Made by a program: the position numbers and the translations under genes. 64,000 bases of DNA from the NCBI RefSeq assembly GCF_963921235.1, contig NC_086097.1, positions 24,678,001-24,742,000 of the forward strand, written 5' to 3'. Positions within the stretch are counted from its first letter, which is position 1, and each line of letters begins with the position of its first letter. Positions 41,380-51,189 of the stretch are shown one piece after another. Source of the DNA: Mobula hypostoma (lineage: Eukaryota). Below the pieces are notes generated by a model that was given only the letters and a program-made list of their open reading frames with translations, was not told where the DNA came from and searched no databases.

Positions 41380-41828
41380 TTTCTTTTTCTTTTTCCAATA
41401 TTTTTATTAAATTTCATATACACAAATACAGAATTCGTAAGGATACTTATTATAAATCAAAATAAGGTAGCACTAAATACACTATATATAAATCACACTG
41501 ATACAACCACGGTATCCCATATTCATGATCAATCAAATAAAATAAATTGAATTATGAAATACAATAATGTGGTTAATTATATTATATTAAAAAAATTCTA
41601 CACCCACTACCAAGACAAAGTTGGTTGGTAAAAAAACAAAAGGAAAAAAAAGAGTAATTTACCATATAGTGTTTTATAATAATAGCCCAGATCTATATTT
41701 TAATAACAATAACAATTCAAAGATTTTCAAAGTAGTTCAGAAAGGGCCCTCATAACGTTTGAAAATCTTGATTAAAATCAGAAATCGAACAACGAAACTT
41801 CTCTAAATTTAAACGTGACATAACATCC
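41380..41828 (-). mobile_element. L1-like LINE extreme 3' end inserted into a Rex1 fragment
   Basis: Minus strand encodes DVMSRLNLEKFR..GPFLNYFENL* (L1 ORF2 C-terminus-like), then an AT-rich UTR and A-rich tail; TSD catctcaactct / cacctcaactct. Confidence 0.65.
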
Positions 41829-42258
41829 ACCTCAACTCTGAACTGATTCCACAACCTACAGACGCACTTTCAAGAACTCTACAGCTCACGTTCTCAGTAT
41901 TATCTATATTTTATTTAGTTTGCACAATTCGTCTTCTTTTGTACATTAGTTGTTTGTCAGTATTTGTTTTTCACAATTTCTATTGTATTTCTTGATTTTC
42001 CTGTAAATGCCTTCAAGAAAATGAATCTCAGGGTACTATATGGTGACATGTTTGCACCTTGATAATAAATTCATTTTGACACCTCCCCCACCCCATCATG
42101 ACTCTGGAGTTTAGAAGAATGAAGGGGGCGGGGGCGGAAACTCATTGAAACCTACCAAAGATTTAAAGGCCTAGATAGAGTGGATGTGGAGAAAATGCTT
42201 CCAATAGTGCTGGAGTCTAGGACCAGAGGGCACATCTCAGGATACAAGGATGCCTCTT

Positions 42259-42885
42259 TACCTGGTCCCGACATATCGATGCAGCTATAAAGGAGGCAAG
42301 ACAGCAACTATACTTCATTAGGAGTTTGAAGAGATTTGGTATATCAACAAAAACGTTCAAAAACTTCCATAGATGTACCGTGGAGAGCAATCTGACAGGC
42401 TGCATCACTGTCTGGTATGGAGGGCAGGGGGTGCGCTACTGCACAGGACTGAAAGAAGCTGCAGAGGGTCATAAATTTAGTCAGCTCCATCTTGGGCACG
42501 AGCCTACAAAGTACTCAGGACATCTTCGTGGAGTGGTGTCTCAGAAAGACAGCGTCCATTTTTAAGGACCTCCAGCACCCAGGGCATGCCCTTTTCTCAC
42601 TGTTACCATCAGGTAGGAGGTACAGAAGCCTGAAGGCACACACTCAGTGATTCAGGAACAGCTTCTTCCCCTCTGCCATCCGATTCTTAAATGCACATTG
42701 AACCTGTGAACACTACCTCACTTTTTAAAATATATATTATTTCTGTTTTTGCACGATTTTTAATCTATTCAATATACATATACTATAATTGATTTACTTA
42801 TTTTTTCTTTCATATTATATATTGCATTGAACTGCTGCTACTAAGTTAACAAATTTCACGACACATGCCAGTGATAGTAAACCTA
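42259..42885 (+). mobile_element. Rex1/Babar-type LINE 3' end nested in a CR1 fragment
   Basis: ORF 42326-42565 KRFGISTKTFKNFHRCTVESNLTGCITVWYG; (GATTCT)n tail resumes at ~43048; CR1 sequence on both sides. Confidence 0.8.
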
Positions 42886-43035
42886 ACAACACGCTGGAGG
42901 AACTCAGCAGGTAGGGCAGCACCCGTGGAAACGAACAGTCAACGTTTCCACGGATGCTGCCCTATCTGCTGAGTTCCTCCAGCGTGTTGTGCGTGTTGCT
43001 TTGACCCCAGCATCTACAGAGTATTTTGTGTTGTT
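42886..43035. mobile_element. Penelope-terminus-derived hairpin insertion
   Basis: 48-bp inverted arms 42886-42933 / 42943-42990; flanked by tgata(g/a)taaacct duplication. Confidence 0.8.
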
Positions 43036-44164
43036 GATAATAAACCTGATTCTGATTCTGAACATATTTGAGTAGGGATTTCTTTAGCCAGAGGGTGGTG
43101 AATCGGTGGTATTCGTTGCCACAGAAGACAAATTGTGGCAGCCAATTCATTGGGTATATTTAAAGTTGAGTCTGATAGGTTCTTGATTAGTCAAGACATC
43201 GAAGTTATGGGGAAAAGGCAGGAAATGGGGTTGAAAAGGAAAATAAGTTAGCCATGATCAAATGGCATGGTAGACTCGATGAGCTGACTGGCCCTAATTC
43301 TGCTCCTATGCCTCATGATCTTATGGTCTCCTGGGAGATCTCCGTGCACTTATTGAAACATGTAAGATTCTGAGATTACTTCACAAGGTAAATGCTGAGA
43401 GGATATTTACCTTTGTTCAAAGGTTATGAGGCATAACTACATAATGAAGGGACGTCTATATACAATTGAGGGGAGGAGGGATTTTTCTCAGAGGGCCTTG
43501 AATCTTTGCAAGTCTGAAATAAAAACAAGTTATGATGGGAATAGTTAGCAGGTCAGGCATCATCCATAGTGGGAGTAACAGTGTTAACATTCCAGATCAA
43601 TGCCTCAGCTATTAGCTTTTGAGCTGCTGTCAAAGTTGCCGCCATTTCTAAGCCAAACCTACAACAAGTCTTCATGTGACACCGAGGCTTAGTTGCTGCT
43701 TCACTAACCCCAATGTCCTGCGTTCAGTCCTGACCTCCGGTGCTGTCTGTGTGGACTTTGAGTATTTTCCACATAAGTTTTCCTCCAGTTGCTCCAGTTT
43801 CCTCCTACCTGCCGGAGTCTCGAGGGTTGGTAGGTGAATCACCTACTGCAAGTTCTCCCCAGATACGATGGAAATGCTGAGGAGTTTAAAGATTTAACTG
43901 CAGTGAAGGTAAACAATAAGGTGCAAGATCAAAACAAGATAGATTGTGAGATTAAGAGTTCATCCTATGGTACAAGAGATATAAATAAATGTGACAAAGT
44001 CTTAAATCAGTGTGGGGAAAAAAGGGAAGGATTTTAAGTGGGGACTGAACGGTCAGCTTGGGCGCAGTGACTAGGCCAAATTGTACTCCTATGACTTATG
44101 GTCTGATGGTTTTATGGACTCTCTCCAGCAAGATATCCATTCATCACAGAGAGGAGAAATTTCT

Positions 44165-44450
44165 AACACTTTACAGCACCAGCTGTAAGATCAGGGTTCA
44201 ATTCCCTCGGCTGTCTGTAAGGAGTTTGCATGTTCTTATCCATGACCATATGGGTTTCCTCTGGGTGCTCTGGTGTCCACCCGCATTCCATAGACAGGCA
44301 GGCTGGGGTTAATAATTTGTGGGCATGCAATATTGGCAGCGGAAGCATAGTGACACTTACGGCTGCCCCCAGCATATCTCAGACATTGAAGCAAACAACA
44401 CATAAAAACTGAGTGTTTCAATGTACATGTCACAAATAAAGCTAATTGTT
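44165..44450 (+). mobile_element. HE1/V-SINE-type SINE
   Basis: B-box-like GGGTTCAATTCCC followed by the V-domain core tgtaaggagtttgcatgttct..gggtttcctctgggtgctc. Confidence 0.7.
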
Positions 44451-44534
44451 AAATCTTTAAGTTGTTCTACCCTGCTGTTAAAAGACAATTGAATGTTTCC
44501 CTACTACCACACGTTGGATGCTTGGCCTCAAAAC

Positions 44535-45150
44535 TAGGACTAGAATATAAAAGCAAGGATGTAATGTTGAGGCTTCATAAAGTTCTGCTGAGGCCTCACT
44601 TGGACTATTGTGAGCAGCTTTGGACTCCTTATCCAAGAAAGGATGTGCTGACATTGGAGAGGGTTCACAGGAGGTCTGTGAAAATGATTCCAGGATTAAA
44701 AGGCTTGTCATGTGAAGAGCATTTAATGGCTCTGGGCCGGTACTCACAGGAGTTCAGAAGAATGAGGGATGATCTAATTGAAACCTATTGAATGTTGAAA
44801 GGCCTCGATAGAGTGAATGTGGACAAGATCGTTCTTATGATAGGGGAGTCTAGGACCAGAGGACACAGCCTCAGAATAGAAGGGCGTCCTATTAGAACAG
44901 AGATGAGGAGGATTTTTTTTAGCCAGTGAGTGGTGAATCTGTGGAATCGATTGCCACAGGCGGCTGTGAAGGCCAAGACATTGGGTATACTTGAGGCAGA
45001 GGTTGATAGGTTCTTTATTAGTCAGAGCACGAAGGAATACAGAGACTGGGGCTGAGAGGGAAAATGGATCAGCCATGATGAAATGGCAGAGCAGACTCAA
45101 AAGGGCCAAAATGGCCTAATTCTGCTCCTATATCTTATGGTCTATGGTCT
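44535..45150 (+). mobile_element. CR1 LINE 3' fragment ending ~160 bp upstream of the neurexin exon
   Basis: GLEYKSKDVMLRLHKVLLRPHLDYC..ERVHRR..MIPGLKGL plus CR1 tail. Confidence 0.85.
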
Positions 45151-45308
45151 TAAAATCTATCTCGTTCTGAATGTTATTGTTTACCCCCACTGCACTTCAA
45201 GTTTTAAATCTGTGGAACATGGTGCACAGCATCCCCTTATCTTTGTTTTACGTAAGCAGAAGGCCTCCAGCACTCAGGCGCTCACTGCTTTCCCCCTTTG
45301 TCCTGCAG

Positions 45309-45387
45309 GTCACCGATGACTTGATTGTGTCCTCAGCGGAGTGCGCCAGCGACGATGAGGACCTCGACGAGTGCGAGCCGAGCTCAG
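45309..45387 (+). CDS. NRXN2: Neurexin internal coding exon (stalk/cysteine-loop exon just before splice site 5); alternative donor extends it to 45396. Paralogue most likely NRXN2 (not certain).
   Basis: Translates (phase 0) as [27 protein letters not shown], matching the neurexin motif (NRXN1 [27 protein letters not shown]; NRXN2 [27 protein letters not shown], recalled). Branch-like CTCAC plus polypyrimidine tract and CAG acceptor ending 45308; donors CAG|GTGGGT (45388) and TAG|GTCAGT (45397). Locally CpG-rich. Family call is strong; paralogue call rests on the DDLxV length and DEDL(D/E)EC. Confidence 0.9.
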
Positions 45388-48189
45388 GTGGGTTAGGTCA
45401 GTCCACTTTCGCTTGCTTCTTTTTTAATTCTACCTTTCTGCATAAATAATGTGATAAAAGTAAACCAGTTAAATAAATGATAATTAAAATCGAAACCAGC
45501 TTCAGGTCCCCGTGGAACTATGCGGGAGAGGAAACCGCTGATTTAAGGTGTAATACAGTGAACAACATTTTATTTTTTTTGAAAAGGTTATTTGATCAAC
45601 AGATGGCAAATTGAAATGACCAACATGCAATCCCTTCAGATCGTCATCAGAGGAAGTGAAATGCTTAAGCAGGAATAATAACGATTTCACGTTAATTGTG
45701 TTCCACTCCTCGCACAGGGCCCAGGGGACTCCCAAAGTGGTTTACGTGGTGCTCTTCAGTGCTCTGATTTGGTCACTCACACGGCTAAACCCAGCTGCTG
45801 AGAGACAAAATTAGTCACGGATTCATGCACCCTGTTGGCCTGGCTGATGTTTCAAAATGTTGCTGTCAGAATTGAGAATGACTGCCAATGTTGCAAAAAC
45901 CCTTTTGCCTTGACTTCACACTCACTGTTTTGTTTGCTCACTGACAGAAACATTTTGCTTGCTTTAGCCAGGCAGACCTGTGATACTGAACTGATGTACT
46001 AAAAGTATTAGGCTGGTTTCTTTTCTTTCTCACCCCTTTCAAAACTTAGGTTATTGTAATAGAGAACAGATATCAAAGAATTTCTGTGTATGAATTTCTT
46101 TTTGACATAGAAGTATTTTGCAGGCTCATCTACATATTTAATAATATATATGCATACATAAGAGTATGTACATATATACTTATGTATAAACTAGTGCAGA
46201 TATGAAGAGATATTGAGAAACTAATTTGTGCAGCAAAGTATTTTCCTGGGTTTGCACTTTATTTTTTTAATTAATTAATATTAAGTAACTCTTATTTTAT
46301 ATTGATTGCTCAAACTCCCATAAGTCTTAAAAGATTCCCTAAGTTTTATAACAGCTTTTATTTTACTTTGGGCAAATATATATCTGTACTTTTACAATTT
46401 TCTATTTGAATTGTAATAAAAGACAGACCTCAACAGTCCTCAACCATCCAATCATGCGTTTACACAGAAATTCACTCCTTCATTCTAACTCCCAGCATTA
46501 GCAAGCCAACAGATGCATGCCGTGGTGTTTTATCTGCCTGTTTTAAGTTCAATTTATGTTGTTGTCAAGCACCAGTAATATATATGACATTGCTCACTTT
46601 TTCACTTCATCATGTACCGCATGTGATTTTGGTGGTGGTTAATAATAATATCAATATATATATTATAGATATATATATTCATTTATATTTTGTAAAAATC
46701 AAAACTTAGAATCATCTTGAACTTCTTTTTTGAAGACTTTTTTTAATTAAAAATAGTCGTGATTATTTTTTTTCAATCAAGATTTTCTTTTTGGAAAAAA
46801 AATGTCTTTTTTTTTCCCTGGAGGCAACAAAATCCTTTCTTGCCATCGAACCAAAGCAGCAAGGATGAGTCTTCCATCCTGGACTGCCAAAGAAAGTTGT
46901 GTACGAGAGACTGCTATCAGTGGGAATAAGTAGAAAGCCGTGCTCCCTCTCTGTTTCCCCTTACCCTCCCCTTTACTCCCTTCCTTGCTGTCACTACTCT
47001 CTACAGCCTTAACATTTCTGTTCTTTCAAAAGACTTCCTTTAACCAGATGATCATTTAATTCAAGAAAACTATAGATGGCACAAAAAGAATTTTATTGTC
47101 AGGCGCCATTGTTATTTTCTCAGTAATTTATAAATTCATGTTTGATCTCGTACAGCAGCTTTTATGCGTGGCATGCCACAGTGCTAACAACTTCCTAACA
47201 GCCGCCTGTTTCATGACTCTCTAACCAGTGCATGGGCTGTGATGGCGCCATTGTGTGTCTCATGGGGACCCATTGGGGAACGATCATCCAACCTGCTGTG
47301 TGCATTCAGACAGCTGTTTATTTGTTACGAGTTGTTATCTGTTGTGTCATTGGTATCTCAGAGCTGCTGCCTCTCAATCTCCTTCTGTTCTCCTTTCTTG
47401 GAGCTGGTTTGTGTCTGTGATGACTGTTGTCAATGTTGTGACGTCATGTGATTCTGTTCTCTGTTTTCGTAGAGGTTTGTTAAAACTCCGACCCCCCCCC
47501 CCACCTTTCTCTTGCCCCTCTCCATCCCCAAAGAGGAAATTCCTAGAAGGGCGATAGACAAGCAAAAATGCTCAAAAATAAAACCAATATTTTGTCTAGT
47601 TATTGATGGACACCTCTCCAGCTTGGTGATATTTCTCCAGTGTTTTTAACTCCATCGTGGGAGATGGTGGTGGCGTCAGACGCTGCAACACACCACAAAT
47701 TGGTATGACAAGGGGGAAAAACTGGTAGAAGATGGTTAGAGGTGGCATGTATGGTCCTTCCTGCAGGTTTCTGTCCTGAGAGAATGCAGCAGAATACCTT
47801 TCTGAGGTTTTATTTATCTCTTTCAGTTTCTTAACATCTTCCTGACATCTTTTCTAATTGTGTATTGGGGGAGGAGAATCAGGATTCGTCCGTGTTTCTG
47901 TGTCAGTGATAAGAGTACAAGATCTACCCAAGCAGATGGGAAGAATGGCTGGATAGTGATGGGGCTGTTTCATCTCTGTCTATCAATTATTGTATCTATC
48001 TAATTAATTGATTATTCATTCATCTATTTAATTTATTAGTTAGTTAGCATTTATTAATTTAATATTTACTTTATTCGCCCACTTATTTATCTATTTTTAA
48101 ACCTATGTATTATTTTCTATTATTTATGTTTTATTTGTATTTATTTATCTAGTTGTCTATTTACTTATCTATCTATTTATTCATTTGTT

Positions 48190-48415
48190 TATTGATACAT
48201 CACGGTAACAGTCCCTCCAGTGAGCCCGTACCACCAAATTACACCCATCTGAGCAAATAAGTTACTAACCTGCACGTCTTTGGACTGTGGGAGGAAACTG
48301 GAGCACCCAGAAGAAACCCACACATTCACAGGGAGAACGTAGAAACTCCTTATAGACAGTGTCGGGACTCAAACCCGAGTCATTGGCACTGTAATAGCAC
48401 TAGGGAACCACGCTG
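48190..48415 (-). mobile_element. HE1/V-SINE-type SINE
   Basis: tgtgggaggaaactggagcacccagaagaaacccacacattcacagggagaacgtagaaactcc (reverse-complement V domain). Confidence 0.7.
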
Positions 48416-49519
48416 CACAACCACTCCAGCAGCATCACCCAAACATGAAACTCCACCACTGGGCCCAAGGTAAACAAGGAAGATCAACACCCATGTGACC
48501 AATGAAACCCTAACCCATATGCCTGTGGAATGTGGGTGGATGCCCTCACAGTCACAGGGAGAACATGCAAATTTCTTAGAGGTAGGAGAAGAATTGAACC
48601 GGGGTCACTATAATCACGGTCCCATGTCACCACATTCTTCTTTCTGATGTCTTCTCCAGTTGGGGAGGGGTACCGTGAAGAGAGTCAGGATTTGTCAATG
48701 TTTCTGTGTCACTGAGGAAACATTCTACCAGGAATATGGGAAGAATGAGTGGATAGTGATGGGGCGGTTTCATCTCCATCCAGGGACTTAGCTTGTTGCT
48801 TGGTGCCTGAAGTGGACATCTGCCTTTGCCCCACTAAGCTGTGTCTGCATCTAGATTTTATTGGCCCCTGTAACCTGTGACCATGAAGCTATCAGATTGT
48901 TAGTAAGAACCCGCCTGGTTCATTGATAGTCCATAAGGAAGTAAATCTGTTGTCCTTTCCCAGTAACTCCAGATCCTTCGATTTCTGAGATTGATCGCTA
49001 AGTCACAATGCTCTGTCACATCACAATAGGACTTTCACCAGACTGACCTCAATGGTTGAAGAACGGCACCCTTTGGAGCCATTAGAAATAAGCAATAAAT
49101 GTTGGCTTTGACAAAATTGTCCATACCCTGTGAACAAATGAATTCCATTATTCAAGAAGGAAAATAGGGAAAATCCTGGAAACTGTAGTCTGCTGAGTCT
49201 CAAGTCAGTGGTAAGGAAATTACTGGAGAGGATTCTTAGGGATAAGGTTCATAAGCAATTAGAAAACAATGGCCTCGTGAGGGACAGTCAGCATAGCTTT
49301 GTGTCAGGCAAGTCGTGTCTTATTAACTTGACTGAGTTAGATAACACCTCCAAAGCCAGTATATCTTGCCTCTGGTCTCCCTGCTTGAGGAAAGATATTC
49401 TGCCTTTGGAGTCGTTGCAGAGGAGGTCCACCAGGTTGATTCTGGAGATGGGGGGGGGTGGGGTGATGAGCCAATGAGGAGAGATTGAATGATCTGGGAC
49501 CATACACATTGGATTGCTG

Positions 49520-50135
49520 GGGATCTTAGTGACGATGAAGCCTCCGTCGGTCAGGGTCAACCTTGGATGTTGTGTCCTAACTGTCTGGGCACACATGCCT
49601 GGCCAGTACGAAATGGAGAGCAAGTTGTTGCCCATGTCGCAATTTCCCCATCTGCACGAATCTGTTGAACTCAAAGGAATGGCAGAGACTGATACAGGAT
49701 ATAGTTTGGCACCAGCAGTGTTGCAGGAGTTGCCAGTCTGCATTGAACTCAACATTAGACAGCCTTCGGGACTCCAGCTCCAGACTTTTCCCTCTGGGTT
49801 TATTCCTTAAGCCTACCCCGTGAGTTGGTGTAACTGCAAGGCAGTGGAAGTTTGAGATCAGAGATTTCCTTCCCCAGATGAGCTGCCAACCATGGCTGAC
49901 GAGCCCCATCTGCCTGAAGCGACCGGTATTAAGGTGCCAGTAACCCGTCTTTGCCCCTTTTCCTGTCAGTAGAAATGGTTCCACTGGGCTTAATAGCTAA
50001 GCCACATGTGAAGGCCAGGAGCTGGACTTGGTTGTCAGGGGCTATTTGAAATGCACATCATTGGGAGCATTTAATAAGTAGTGGGAGTTTATCCCCATTA
50101 CCTCCCCTGGCTGTAATAACCTTAAAGAACCTCCT
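49520..50135 (-). mobile_element. Non-coding interspersed repeat, possibly RTE-related, inserted in a CR1 fragment
   Basis: Interrupts CR1 sequence (49130-49515, resuming ~50140); segment ggaaggaaatctctgatctcaaacttccactgccttgcag resembles RTE 5' regions from memory. Confidence 0.4.
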
Positions 50136-50780
50136 TAAAGAGGGGATCTTATAGAAACATAAAACTATGAAAGAGACAGATATGATAGAGGCAGGAAAGG
50201 TGGTTCCATTGGTGTCTGAGACAAGAACTATGGGACAAAGCCTCAAGATTCTGGAGAGTAGATTTAGTTTGGAAATGCAACAAAACTACTTTTTCCAGAG
50301 AGTAGAGAATTTGTGGAAATCTCTGTCCAGGGAAGCAGTGAAGGCTACCTTATTAAATATATTTAAGACACAGTGAGATTGATATTGCTTTGGAGGGGAA
50401 TTAAGGGATGTGGGGAAAAGGCAGGTAGGTGGAGCTGAGTCCACACCCAGATCAGTCAGGATCTTATCGAATGGCGGAGCAGTCTCTATGGGCCAGAGGC
50501 CAACTCCTGTTCCTGTTTCCTATGTTCTTCGAGTTGTTTGAGGAGGCGATGAAGGTGATTGCTGAAGGTTGAGCTGTGAATGTTGTCAACATGGATCTTA
50601 GTAAGGTGTTTGACAAGGTCCCTCATAGGAGACTCATCCAGAAGATTATGATGCCCATTGAAGACAGAGGGTAGTGGGACTGATCCTGGATGGAGATGTG
50701 TGAGTAGTGACATTCCATAGGAATCTCTACTGAGACCTTTACTGTTTGTGATGCATATAAATGACCTGGATGAAAATATA

Positions 50781-51189
50781 CAATATTGTGCAGAAGTGTT
50801 AGGCACATGTAAAAAAAAATCTGTAAAGCGAAGTTGCTTTCAAAAATACTGAATTGAAAATGTTTCTAAATATCAAAAAAAATACTATAAAGAACAGTCA
50901 ACAGTAAAAAAATAAATCCAATCAATATTTGGTGTGACCATCCTTTGCCTTTAAAACTGCATCAGTTCTCTTAGGTACACTGTTGTGCAGTTTTATATAT
51001 AACAAAAATCAGCTGGTAGGTCATTCCAAGCATCTTGGAGAACTTGCCACAGTTCTTCTGAGACCTTGGCTTGCTGCTGTCTCTCAAGGTAATCCCAGAC
51101 AGCATTGAAGACATTGAGATCTGGGCTCTCTGGAGGCATCTGAAACCATATAAAAAATCTAGGGTGCCTAAGACTTTTGCACAGTACTG
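50781..51189. mobile_element. Tc1/mariner-type MITE
   Basis: TIRs caatattgtgcagaagtgttaggcac / gtgcctaagacttttgcacagtactg; TA on both sides; CR1 sequence rejoins across it. Confidence 0.85.

Noticed and set aside
1..45300. Other neurexin exons (LNS6/stalk exon upstream; transmembrane exon downstream)
   Set aside because: No matching peptide (e.g. GQLSGLYYNG, IRESSSTTGMVVGI) found in the ORF track or by eye; they probably lie outside the window
45171..45449. 92-aa ORF as a complete gene
   Set aside because: Only 45309-45387/45396 is exon-like; the flanks are intron read-through across clear splice signals
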